A DNA stretch of 63,072 bases, counting the filler, from Reclinomonas americana ATCC 50394 (taxonomy: Eukaryota): NCBI GenBank assembly GCA_048213135.1. It is 30 parts of 30 records of this genome, joined end to end, with 100 filler letters (N's around TTAATTAATTAA, not from the genome) between each part and the next. Parts side by side here need not be neighbours in the genome. Positions count along the whole stretch, not along the records: positions 20,186 to 22,306 come from AFZH01025024.1; positions 22,407 to 24,523 come from AFZH01025025.1; positions 24,624 to 26,740 come from AFZH01025026.1; positions 26,841 to 28,945 come from AFZH01025028.1; positions 29,046 to 30,096 come from AFZH01025029.1; positions 30,197 to 31,247 come from AFZH01025030.1; positions 31,348 to 33,448 come from AFZH01025031.1; 23 more parts are not named here. One strand, written 5' to 3'. Position 1 is the first letter of the stretch. Each line of letters starts with the position of its first letter. Of this stretch, positions 21,447-33,548 are shown piece after piece. Both the position numbers and the translations under genes were made by a program. The notes below the pieces were generated by a model. The model ran no database searches. It worked only from the letters and a program-made list of their open reading frames with translations, and was not told the DNA's origin.

Positions 21447-21797
21447 CTTGCATATGTCTCACCCCCTAGTCATGCGTGTGTGCAGAAACTAACTGTGTGT
21501 GTGAGTATGCGTGTCTCTCTGTGCGTGCTGTGTGTTCTACTTGTCTCTCCCTCCTCCCCTCTTTCGCTGTCTCTCTCCCTGTCTCTCTCCCTCTCTCTCT
21601 CTTGGCAGTTGCGTGAAATTTCCCTTTCCTGGGGTACTACTTATTGTTTCGTTGGGGTGTTGTCGTTGACCGCAAACCGTGTTCTCACCGCGTGCCCCCC
21701 TCGAGCTAGGAAAACCCCACCAAATCATGAATGTTACGCGAGAGCGAATAGAAGTGACTTTTATGATGTGTTGCTCACTTTTATGATGTTACTTAAG

Positions 21798-22260
21798 CGT
21801 GACTTTGTTGAGGAGCGCATCTGGATGCAAGACCGCATTCGTCTGCTTGAGCGGGAGCTGGGCGAGGTGCGGCGACAGGCGGAGAGTCGCGTGCACGAGG
21901 CCGAGTCGCGCGTGTTGCACGAGCAGCAAGTGGCGAGTGAGCGCGTGGCACGTGCACGCGATGAGGTGTTGCAGGAGCAGTTGGGCAAGTCGGTGGCGGT
22001 GCGGCGTGCGGAGGCGGAGCGGAAGCGCGTGGAGGAGAGTGTGAGGGCGGTGTTGGAGGCGCGTGTGAGAGAGTTGGAGGGCAAGTTGGGCGATGAGGAG
22101 CGGGCGGCGAGGTTGCGGCTGGATATGGCGGTGGAGCATGAGCGGCGTGCGTGGGAGCTGTCGTTGAAGCAGTGTAGGGATGAGGGCGCGCAGGCGTTGC
22201 GGGAGGCGGTCGAGGTCGAGGAGAGGAGGCGGGCGTTGGTGGAGGAGCGGCTGCGCGTGG
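21798..22260 (+). CDS. Coiled-coil protein exon (probable host gene downstream of the Fanzor locus)
   Basis: E/R/A-rich heptad sequence after a TTAAG acceptor. Confidence 0.55.
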
Positions 22261-23057
22261 CGCTCTTGAGTCTGGTGTGTGTGTGGCTAGCTGTCTATGT
22301 GTGTTANNNNNNNNNNNNNNNNNNNNNNNNNNNNNNNNNNNNNNNNNNNNTTAATTAATTAANNNNNNNNNNNNNNNNNNNNNNNNNNNNNNNNNNNNNN
22401 NNNNNNGGAGGAGGTGGAGGAGATGCGCGACGAGGTTTGTCTGGTGTGTTTGTGTTCAGCCAACACGCCAAATCCTCCAGATATGGCTGGCGTCGCAGCT
22501 CCCCGAGTCACCGGTGCCATCTGCTCCCGGCAGACAGATGTTTCCACCGCGGAACCAGAACCAGATCCATGCCCGGGCTGTGACAGTGCGCACAGGAAGC
22601 AGCTCGCCATCTTTTTTGTGGTCAATTCGAGCTTGCATTCGTGTGCGGTGTATTGCACGGATCACGGCCGTGAAATACGGGTTTTAAATCACGCCGTCGC
22701 CACGCCAAAAATTTGCTGCGCTGCGATCGTCGTCAGCTGTGAGGCGGTCACGCCCTGCCAGCCTCCGCCTCTTTCTCAACAAGTGTGCGGCTTCCACGCC
22801 GATTCAATGGCACGGTCCAGGGAGGTCGAGTTGCACCTGGTGGCGCATTTTGACTTCGTCCCCGGCAGGACTTGTCAAGGGTTGACCGGACGGGTCGTGT
22901 CGCATTGAGAATTGCCTACCATCCAAACACACGCCACTTTTCTGCGCCTCCGCCGAGCAATCACCACCACCACCACCTTCCCCTCAACCACTACCTTCAC
23001 CACTCCAATCCCCGCCTCCGAGCTCCCCCCACCACACACACACAATCCGAAATAATA

Positions 23058-24397
23058 ATGCGTGGCTACGTGTCCCCCAACCACCGCGGCCATGGCCACT
23101 CGCCCGTGTCCGCCAACCGCTGCAAGGGCCCATCGGTGAGTACCTGCGCTCCTCCTCCTCCTCCTCCTTTGTCGGGGGAGCTAAATGGCGTGCGGTTGAC
23201 AGCCACCGGAATCAGCGCTGTACGAGTGGCGTGTCGCCTACCTGGAACCATACTTGACGACGCGCTTTGTCGATGTGCTGCCTGAGCAGGCAGAGTACTG
23301 CGCGTGGTACCACTCGCTGTGCGCCGATGAACGCCTGGCGGTGTTCTGCACCAAGGACGAGCGAAACACCAAGCACCGCAAGGTTTGTTGGTGTGCGTGT
23401 CCCGTTTGCCGGGTTGGCGTATTTTGCCTGACTTGTTGTGATTTGGCGTTGGCAGGGTGGCAAGGAAAAGATGATGAGAGTACAGCTGCGCGTGGTGCTC
23501 GAGACGCTGCTGAACAACCAGGAAAAGGGCATTGAGCGACCCGACGACATCGAGCGCTGGTTCTTCTCGGACCGCTTCTGGAAGTCGCTGATGGACGACT
23601 TGAGCTACGACTACGACCGCCGCTACTACGATGTTATTGAGGTGCGTGGTGAGATGCAGACAGTGGCGCTTGATCGTGTGTGTGTGTGTGCGTGTGTGGC
23701 TGACTCATGTGTATGTGTGCAGCACGCTGAAATCGCACTGTTTGCCAAGGATCACTTCCTGCACAAGGACGTGGAGCTCCGGCTGCGCAAGACGCCGTCG
23801 AAGAAGACGAGATCGCCACCGGCCTCGCCACCGCGAGCGACCAGCAGCGGCGTCGAGTACCTGGGCACCCACACGACGACGGTGCAGATGTACAGTGTGC
23901 AGACCACCTGCTGCATGATGCCGAAGACCGAGTTCCCGTCGGTGGAATCGGCGCATGGTGGAGCCGGTCACTTGATCTTACCCACCCTCCTCCACACCGC
24001 TGGACAACACACAGCGCCGGCTGTCACCCACAGCTACACACCGACGCCGTACATTACCCCGACGGGCGTGCCCGGCTACAAGATGCCGCCGCCAGCCCTG
24101 CCGCCGATCATGGCGCCGGCACCTGCTGCCCCCAGCGCGCCCTCTGTCTTCTCGTCTGCGCCCTCTTCGTACTGCGGCAGCTCGTCGATGTACGGGGAAG
24201 ACCAGCAGGCAGGCAGTTTCCCGCTGCAGTCGGTCGTCAGTGCGCTGAACTTGTTCGTGCCCAAGTCGGAACCCGAGGGCACCATCACGTGGGCCACACG
24301 CGTGGCCGCGTTTCCCGACCCCGAAGCCGACGACTTGGTGTCCTCAGTGATGTCTGCCGAGCCCACATTCCTCGGCTCGATGTGGGGCCAAGACTGA
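23058..24397 (+). CDS. Four-exon hypothetical protein with an aromatic-rich globular N-domain and a Pro/Ser-rich tail
   Basis: ATG 23058; GT-AG introns starting near 23136, 23383 and 23642; strong GC3 codon bias; AT-rich 3' region after the stop. Confidence 0.65.
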
Positions 24398-24623
24398 GAG
24401 ACACACACAGACTTGTGCTAATACCAAAAAATGTAATCCAATCATAAAAAAAACTAACACCGAGAGACAAGAAGACAACCTTGTGTACTTTGAACAGATT
24501 CTCTCACACACGACAACTATCTCNNNNNNNNNNNNNNNNNNNNNNNNNNNNNNNNNNNNNNNNNNNNTTAATTAATTAANNNNNNNNNNNNNNNNNNNNN
24601 NNNNNNNNNNNNNNNNNNNNNNN

Positions 24624-26689
24624 GAGAGAGAGAGAGAGAGAGAGAGAGAACACCAGCACCGCGCGCTGCCAGTGCACGCAAAGTGCGTACAAACTGCACA
24701 CGCTGAGAAGAAGAAAAACTGAATGCGAGACGAGAGACGTCGTCAAGCAAGGAGCAACTGCAGCATAGGTGCGGCGTACTAAGAGAGTAGTGTGGATATA
24801 GTGTGTGTCTCGTCTGCACCAGTGACCCTGGTGAGATTGCACACACACCCACACGCACACACAAACCGAGAGCGGGAGAGACGCCAGCGCCAGCGTACAG
24901 ATCTAGAGAGAGACTCCCCGGGAACACTCAGAAGAAAAAGACTTGCGAGCGATATAGTGGCACTACATCCGCTTCGCCGACAGTGACACCAAAAGTGCGA
25001 GGCGTTGATCGAGGAAAGGAGAGCGTGAAGTCGAATGAGAGAGAAGCGTGAAGTCGAACGAGAGAGAGTGTGGGTGAGTGTGAGAGAAGGGGGCAAAGAC
25101 CCTCGGAGAGTGTTGCCCAGCTGCCCGTCGACGGCCAACTCACCACGGTGGTGCAAAAAAATGAACTGCCTTGCACATCGACGACACTCGGCTTTTATTG
25201 TCTACTTTCGACGACCGGGGTTTTCCATTTTAGGTATATCGCCGGATGGCAGTCAGTGGCTAACAAAACTTCAAGCTCTCTTGTCACTCCTTGATGCAGG
25301 GACGCACTCACGCAGATCAAAAAGTTCGCGGAGACAAGGCGCACCTGGTGAGTGTGTAAGTGAGTAATGCGCTTGCATCAGAGTCGCTGCAGGGGCTTCC
25401 GGAGGGGGCCTGGAGGGGATGGCCAAGGCGTCGCTTTCCTTACGGGGTGCGGCCGGATTGTGGCTGCTGGATGGAGTGAAGCTGCTGGCGGCCACCCCGA
25501 ACACGCGGCCACGCGGCCTGAAACCCCGGCTGGCGAATCTCACGTTGTGTTCGAACTTCACTCTCACTTTGCACGACGACGGCTGTGTGCCTCAGTGCAA
25601 GAGTGCCATCGCCCTTCTCGCCTCTGTCAGACCTTGCTGTTGAGAGTCTTGTGATTTGTTTTTTGAGTGATTTGATTTTGTGTGCGGTGAATGTGAGATT
25701 CTGAGTGAGCGACGCAAAAACCAAGCGCACACAACTTCCACTGACACACGCACGCGCATGGTGACCGCGTTTTGGAGAGCGTAAGCAGGCGCTTCTGACA
25801 ACACTGCGCGTGTCGCGCGATGCGCAGTGTGAGCGTCATCGATACACTGACCCCTGACTGTCGGTATTAGCCTTTCTGGGAGATGCGAATAGTCCCACAG
25901 TCGCTCTTTGTCTCGCTCCCTCTCATCTTCGTGCACACACAATCGCCTCTTGTCATCATCCTTCTTCGTTCGGCAAAGAAAACTCAACGATATCACGATG
26001 TGCAGCGCAAACGTTCTTTGACGAGGAAGGAAATCAATTTGAAGTCATGAATATATCTCACACATTTATTCTTTCTTCTCGCGGTGAGTTGGCCACGTGC
26101 ACCAGATGTGGATGTGATTATGAACGACACCGCGAATATGGCGAGAGTGGCAGAGTGCAGAGGGAGAGGAGAGCACTGTCGCAGTCACTCTCCGAATATG
26201 CACTTCGCAACGCGTGTGTGTTCGACTTCACCTGCACGCCACTACCCACCACACACTCTGTTTTCTCTGCACCCCCACATACCTTGTGCAGTCGCGCGCT
26301 CGAGCGATGCACTCAGTGTTGTGTTGCACTCTGTATCAGCATCATTGATCTCTCGGAAACCGGGCACTCATCGCTGTGCACATGCCTGCCTGTGTGCACC
26401 CTCACACGCACTCACTCTGTCGCTGTTACTCGTGCACGTGATCACACGAGCCAGCGCGTGTGAGTGAGTGAGTCTGTTTTCCGAATGCGTCACTCGATGT
26501 ACACTCGCGTTCCACACTTCTCTCTTTGTATGCCGCACCACTGCTGCAGTTGCTCCTTGCTTGATCGCATTCAGAGACTGAGACGGATGCCTCTTCTTCT
26601 TCTTCTCTCCCCAGCTGCAGATCTAGAGTGTGCAGTTCGTTCGCACTTTGCGTGCACTGATGGCGCGCGGCGCTGGTGTTCTCTTCTCT

Positions 26690-26740
<51 letters not shown>
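24624..26740. mobile_element. Non-autonomous foldback / long-inverted-repeat element, or a tail-to-tail pair of diverged repeats, capped by (GA)n and (TC)n
   Basis: 24649-24796 is a close reverse complement of 26511-26680; collinear inverted blocks continue inward to 25375 and 25722. Confidence 0.65.
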
Positions 26741-26840
26741 NNNNNNNNNNNNNNNNNNNNNNNNNNNNNNNNNNNNNNNNNNNNTTAATTAATTAANNNN
26801 NNNNNNNNNNNNNNNNNNNNNNNNNNNNNNNNNNNNNNNN

Positions 26841-28945
26841 GTAGATGATGCCACCGCGAGGATTGTCAACCTTGGCTCGTCCGCGAGTCGAGTTGTGCGA
26901 CTCTTTGACAGTGCGGCGGCGACGACAGTGACTGTGACAGGATCGAACTTTACGCTTTCGAATAGTGCGGTGCCGCTGAGCGTGTGGTGCGCAGTTGGAT
27001 ATGTGCGAACCGTGGCGCAGGTTACTTCGAGCAGTGTTATTCGCTGCGCCGTCTCCGCGCGTGCAGCAGGATTCGCGCCGTTGAGCATCAGCATCAACGA
27101 TGTGGATACTGTCACCAAATTCGCAAGTGTGGAAGTGGTGCAGAAGCCAGTGATCATGCAGACACTTCCACGCGTTGTGGCGGGGAGCGGCGTCTCTGCG
27201 CGACGTGTTCTGGTGCGCGGTAGCGATTTTCGTGCTGGCGTGCAGTGTGGAGGCACTGCGGCAAGTGTGGTGTCGTCCAGGGTCGCGCTGTGTCAAGTTG
27301 ACTTTACAGGCAACTCGGTAAGTCGCCTTGAATCCGAGTGCGTGCGTGCGTGACCGTCCGTTTGTTAACATTCAGCTTGTGATTCTCCTGCAGGCATTGG
27401 CCGTGCAGCAGTTGACGCTGGCGGTGAACCCGGCAGATTCCGTTGTGGGTGCGACGCTGGTAGTTGAGCAGGAGGTGCGCAGTATTGCGGGAGTGACGCC
27501 ATCGCTGCCGCTGGTGCCTCTGTACGGTGGTTCAGTCGTTCGACTGGAGGGTTTCTTCGGAGACTCGGTGCAACAGCAGTCGTGGTGCTGCGTTGGTCGT
27601 GTGTGCGTTGCACCCGACGAAGCGTCAGCTGCTCAAATTGCCTGCCGATTGCCGCATGCGGCGTCCGGTGAAGTGCTTGGTCTTCGGTCGTTGCTGTTTG
27701 ACAGTGTGTCGACTACGTGGGCGGTATTTGTCCAGTCGTCCAACTCAACGGCTGTGGCGGCCACTGACGGTGTCAGTGTTGCTGTGACGGCGACGGCCGA
27801 GTTGCCGACAACGGTTCCACTACTTTGCGGTGTCGGTATTGGTGGACTGTGGACTGGCGGCACCTCCATCACAAGCACCACCTTCTCCTGCTCCGTCGGT
27901 GCCAGGAGCGGTGGATTTGTGACACTGCAGTCGGTTGTGCAGGACGTGCAAGCGACAGCGGCGCCGGCTGTGTTCGCACCGGAGCAAACTGTTGTCGACC
28001 GCGTGCGGCCAGGCCAGCTTGTTTCACGAATGTCGACGCCGCTGCTCGTTGAAGGCAGCGGCTTTGGTGACAGCCCAGTTGACGATCTGTCTCCTCCCGT
28101 TAGCTGCACACTTTCCGGAACGTCGTCAGATGCGAGGCGGCTGTCGTCGGTGCTCGTTGTGTGTAACCGACCGTCGGGCAGTAGTGCCCAGGCTGAGACA
28201 ACTGTTGTTGTTAGCCATGGATCAGCAGCAGCAGACATGGTTGTGTTGCCGCATCGAGCGTCCGTACTGCAGCCGTTTGACACGTCGGTGGCCTTGACGA
28301 CATCGACCGACGTGGCGGCTCCTGTGCACATGACGTCCGTGTTTACGGCGGCCGGCAGCCGAGTACGGATGGGGAAGACAGTGGCGAGCGGGAGCCGCTC
28401 CACGGCTGCGTTCATGACGAGTGCAGTACGAGTGCCATTGCAACGGGGGTCCGATGTTCTGGTGGCTGCCGAAGATGACTTCACTGCGGCGGGGTCGGTT
28501 GCAGTTGAACTGGTGGCGCAGTCATACAACGTCACCGCATCTTCGCTGACGGCGACCGCATCGTACTCTGCCAGTCCAATTGGCGTGGCAAAGATACAGC
28601 TGACGTGGACCGCGCAGCCGAGCGTTGCGCTTGTGCAACTCAGCTGCCTGTGGTCCGGTCGGACTCTGTCGGCGGCAACAGCTACGACAAGCGGCGTGCA
28701 GTGTGCCACTCCCGCCATGGCAGCTGGCTTTCACACGCTTGATGTGCAACACGCAGGGGTGACGGTGAACAAGGAGAGCCTCAGTATCCACTTACTGAGA
28801 GCACCTGTGGCCTATGCCGCACTTCCTCGACTCGGTGGTCTCAGTCGACGTTCGGCATTTGTAGTAGTTGGCGACGCATTCATTGACGATGGAATGCGGT
28901 GCACAGCTGATCCTTCGGGAAAAGCGTCCCGCGAAGCCAGATTCC
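26841..28945 (+). CDS. Large beta-rich surface protein with IPT/TIG-like repeats (internal fragment)
   Basis: Repeated P..G...V.V.G.NF....C..G....A...SS..I.C..P units; one intron at about 27317-27393. Confidence 0.7.
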
Positions 28946-29045
28946 NNNNNNNNNNNNNNNNNNNNNNNNNNNNNNNNNNNNNNNNNNNNTTAATTAATTA
29001 ANNNNNNNNNNNNNNNNNNNNNNNNNNNNNNNNNNNNNNNNNNNN

Positions 29046-30096
29046 AAGTATATGCTTGAAAGCAATGAAGAAGAGCATGTTGGAGAAGAAAGGGCAAGAG
29101 AAGATGTTTCAAAAAAACATCGGTGAGTATTGTGTGTGAATCAGTGAAGGACACACACACAAGGAACCAGCTGCTGCCTCAAGACTGGTGCTTGTGTTGA
29201 CGGTTTGGATATGGTTGAACTCGATCATCAAGACAGGTGTTTGCTTGTTTGTTGGTGAATGAATTTGTTGTTGTTGGAGAAGAGGAAGGGATGATGGGTG
29301 TTGTTTATATTTCTATTATATAAAAAGTAATAACAACTTGAATGAAAAATATACCGGTGAGAACAACCGAGTATCAAAACAGAAACAAAAAAGATGAGAG
29401 AAAGTGCAATGAAAAAAGGAATGACAGTCGTGAAGAAGAGCATGTTGAAGAAGAAAGAGCAAGACAGAGGATGCTTCAAAAAAAGCATCGGAGAGTTTTG
29501 TGTGTGAATCAGTGAATAACACACACACAAGGAACCAGCTGCTGCCTCAAGAGTGGTATTTGTGTTGACGGTTTGGATATGGTTGAACTCGATCATCAAG
29601 ACAGCAGTTGCTTGTTTGTTGGTGAATGAATTTGGTGTTGTTAGCAATGGAGAGTTTTGTGTGTGAATCTGTTTGAGAAGAAATTATGTGTTTATATATT
29701 CTTGGTGTGCCAAGGTAATTGTCGGCAAGGGATTTGCGGGCGTTTATCGCATTATTGGAATGTGGTAAATGAAGTGTTTTTTTAGTGAAGGAGCTCTGAG
29801 AGCGAACACACACACACACAAGGAACCTGCTGCTGCCACAAGACTGGTGCATGTGTTGATGTTTTGGATATGGTTGAACTTGGTCATCAAGACGGCTGTT
29901 TGGTTGTTTGTTGGTGAATGAATTTGTTGTTGCTAGTCTCTAGTACTTGTGAATATTTTTGTCACATGTGGTGAAGGAGATGTGTATTGTTGTTAATAGT
30001 TCTTTTATCATTATTATAACTATATTTCATATATAAAACCGATCATCGAAGAAACAAACACAATGATCAAAACAGAAAAAAAGATGGAAAGAAAAA
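29046..30096. repeat. AT-rich contig with three copies of a ~130-bp core (about 29150-29280, 29520-29645, 29810-29935), two of them within a ~370-bp tandem unit
   Basis: cacacacaaggaacc(a/t)gctgctgcc(t/a)caaga(c/g)tggt..ttggatatggttgaact..tcatcaagac..gtttgttggtgaatgaattt. Confidence 0.88.
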
Positions 30097-30364
30097 NNNN
30101 NNNNNNNNNNNNNNNNNNNNNNNNNNNNNNNNNNNNNNNNTTAATTAATTAANNNNNNNNNNNNNNNNNNNNNNNNNNNNNNNNNNNNNNNNNNNNCGAC
30201 ATCTTCTCGGATTTCACCGTCACGAAATCAAGATCAAACGAGTCACAAATTCTCCCACAATAAGGCAGCCTCAGTCACTTCGTACTTTTTTGGTACTGAA
30301 AACGTGATTTCTTGGCTTCAAAGTGTCCACTCAGCGTGGTGATCACCAGGCAACATTGGTGCAG

Positions 30365-30490
30365 ACACAGACACAAGGAACCTGCTGCTGCCACAAGACT
30401 GGTGCCTGTGTTGATGATTTGGAAACGGTTGAAATCGGCCGTCAAGACGGCTGTTGCTTGTTTGTTGGTGAACGAATATGTTGTTGTTGG
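30365..30490. repeat. Further copy of the same ~130-bp repeat core
   Basis: acacaaggaacctgctgctgccacaagactggtg..ggttgaaat..tcaagacggctgttgcttgtttgttggtgaa. Confidence 0.85.
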
Positions 30491-31857
30491 GATAGAAGGA
30501 ATACTCGTCATTGTGCGACAGGGCGAAACAAACACGCTTCAAATCGTTCTGTTTCATTGTCTGGGAATGTGCACCATCAACTGCAGAGATAGTTGAAAAC
30601 AGGGGAGTTGGAAAGAAAACTAAATGCGAGAATGGTGTGGACACGTAGAGAAGCGGAAACGTGCATCGACATGTTTGAAAAAACAATAGTCAAAGAACAG
30701 AGCATCAAGGACGGGAGCTGATGCAACAGAGTGGCGAGCGAGACGACAAACAGCAGCAAACAGGAAATCAAAAGTAAAATCTACAGCCAGGAAAGAAACC
30801 GGACATGGGAAAAACCGAACGAAGAAATACCGGACGAATGGGTCTACACACACATCAAATCGTCATGAAAAACATAGAATCTTGAAGCGCGTGCATTTTT
30901 GCAAAGGATTCCAACATCAGAATCGGACGGTAGAAAACACGAGAAAGCGCCAGGAGGAGACAAAATGGCAGCTGCTCATCGACCACGGAAACAAATGACA
31001 AGGCCGAAACAGGGCGCAAAGACTCACAAAATAACACAAAAGACTATCAATTGCATCTCACAAACAGAAAATGAGCGCAACGACATACACAGCAGCATTA
31101 GAATCGACTGAAATGAACCGAACAAAAAAAGAACCGGCAATATCGGGCGAAAGGTGGACCAACTCTGCAAGATTAACAATGAATCAAGTAGCGCATACAA
31201 CGATGCATAAAACTCGCAATCCGGCAATAAAGTGTCAAGGGCCGTCCNNNNNNNNNNNNNNNNNNNNNNNNNNNNNNNNNNNNNNNNNNNNTTAATTAAT
31301 TAANNNNNNNNNNNNNNNNNNNNNNNNNNNNNNNNNNNNNNNNNNNNTCTCCCTCTCCCTCTCCCTCTCCCTCTCCCTCTCCCTCACCCTCTCTCTGTCT
31401 CTCTGTCACCCTCTTCGGGTGCCTGTGCCTTCTGACATTGCCGCAGTGATGACATTTGTCAACGGCAGCACTGTTGCTGACTGCCGACCACCTCGACATT
31501 GCGTCCGTCGTCGTGGAGCAGCTGCAGGACGAGACGCCTTGGTTATCGCTTGTCCCAACAAGCACACGGCGATGGTCAAGTGCGACAACGTGGTGAGGTT
31601 GTGAGGGAGTCTTTTGTTGAGGATCGTGTGTGGCGGTGGGGCAGCAGATGTACAATCAATGGGATGGTGAGCAGGAATTGTGAAGTTGCTTTCATTGTGG
31701 CACGTTCTCCGTAGCGTGAGGGTGTAGGAAGAGACCACAAGAGCAGTGGAAGCACCACGATGTCATGAAGTGCATCTGGCCTCCAAGGTGGTCGATTGCG
31801 GAGCCACTAGTGTGCTCGGCCCATCCTGTGCCACAAGACGATCATCCGCGGCTGAAA

Positions 31858-32880
31858 CTACCTTGCGCGCACGTACCACCAACCAATCACGCAGAGCACC
31901 AGTGCCACTGCAGCACTCACCCACATATCACTCAGCGCACTGCGCACGTCGCCAGCAGCCCCGTCCTCCTCCGACAGCAGCGGCCACACACGTACAGTCT
32001 GATCAAAGCTGCCACTCGCGACGTACTTGCCACTTGGTGCAACCGCCACCGCGACCACCTCGCCAATGTGCCCGCTGAATCGTGTGACGGCGGTTCCCGT
32101 TTGCCGCGACCACACGCGCGCAGTGTGATCGGCGCTGCCGCTGACAATGTGTGATCCGTCAGCGGAAAAGGCCACGGACAGCACGCGATCCGAGTGCCCG
32201 CTGAAGCGTTGCACCTCTCGTCCACTGGCCAGCGACCACACACGCACCGTGTGATCAAAGCTGCCGCTCGCAATGTACTTGCCGTCGGGCGACACGGCCA
32301 CCGACCACACAATCTCTGTGTGTCCCAACAAATGTTTCACCACTCGTCCACTGGCCACGGACCACAAGCACACTACCGAGCTGTCACTGCCACCAATGAT
32401 GCGCCGACCATCTGGGGTGATGGCCACTGCTGGCGTGACGTGCAGCACACTGGCCAGCTGGCGCACCTCCAACCCGGTCGTCAGCGACCACACCTGCACT
32501 GTCAGGTCTTGCCCACTGCTGACGGCCCACTGCCCATCGGGAGAGACGGCAACAGAGAGCACTCCGCGAGTGTGTCCCTCGAAGCGCAGCACCTCGCGAC
32601 CATCGCTGAGCGACCACACACGCACTGTTGCGTCTGAACTGCCACTGACAACGTACTTCCCGTCGGGAGTGACGGCCACGCATGTCACCTCGTCGGTGTG
32701 CCCGCGCAGGCGACGTGGAGTGGAGCCAGGCATCAGCGACCACACACGCACTTCAGCGATCTGGCCAGTGACCACGTGCAGGCTGTCGGGCGTGAAGGCG
32801 ACTGACAACACTGCGGTGGCGTGTGGCAGCGCGAGTGTCGCCTGCAGCTCGTCGACGAATCTGAGAGGGCGCGGAATGTA
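31858..32880 (-). CDS. WD40-repeat protein (about 7 blades) with a C-terminal transmembrane anchor; 5' end uncertain
   Basis: GHT..V..VAV(T/S)PDG..V.SGS.D.TVRVWSL repeats; tail MWVSAAVALVLCVIGWWYVRAR*. Confidence 0.92.
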   Translation of the reverse strand, partial: YIPRPLRFVDELQATLALPHATAVLSVAFTPDSLHVVTGQIAEVRVWSLMPGSTPRRLRGHTDEVTCVAVTPDGKYVVSGSSDATVRVWSLSDGREVLRFEGHTRGVLSVAVSPDGQWAVSSGQDLTVQVWSLTTGLEVRQLASVLHVTPAVAITPDGRRIIGGSDSSVVCLWSVASGRVVKHLLGHTEIVWSVAVSPDGKYIASGSFDHTVRVWSLASGREVQRFSGHSDRVLSVAFSADGSHIVSGSADHTARVWSRQTGTAVTRFSGHIGEVVAVAVAPSGKYVASGSFDQTVRVWPLLSEEDGAAGDVRSALSDMWVSAAVALVLCVIGWWYVRAR

Positions 32881-33289
32881 ATCAAAGTGGCGAACACACA
32901 GGCACACACACAAACACACGCATATGCACATGCGCACACACGCACACACAGAAACACATGCACACACACGCATACACAGAGAGAAATACACACAGATGAG
33001 ATTGATTCCACCCACCGATACACAGAGAGGAGCATCTCACAAACCTGGTCGAATCATCGGCGTGGACAGTGGCGACAATGACAAGGAGCGCGCGCACAAC
33101 CCAAAGGTATGCGGCAACGATGCGCATGCCGCGAGACAGCGACACTTGTTGTCGAGCGCGTGATGTTTGCTGTATCAATGCGTTTGCTGTTTTGTTGATT
33201 TTAAATTTGATTGATTTGGGAGAATTCCCGCGCTAGCGCTTTTACCGAACAGATAACCATGGTTGTTTGGCTGCTCCTCGCGCGTATTT

Positions 33290-33405
<116 letters not shown>

Positions 33406-33548
33406 AGAAGAAGAAGAAGAAGAAGAAGAAGAAGAAGAAGAAGAAGAANNNNNNNNNNNNNNNNNNNNNNNNNNNNNNNNNNNNNNNNNNNNTTAATTAA
33501 TTAANNNNNNNNNNNNNNNNNNNNNNNNNNNNNNNNNNNNNNNNNNNN

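Noticed and set aside
25592..25996. Integrase zinc-binding-like remnant (RRLCVH..DDAHTAHRAT)
   Set aside because: No CxxC or DDE core follows, and the region is part of the non-coding inverted arm.
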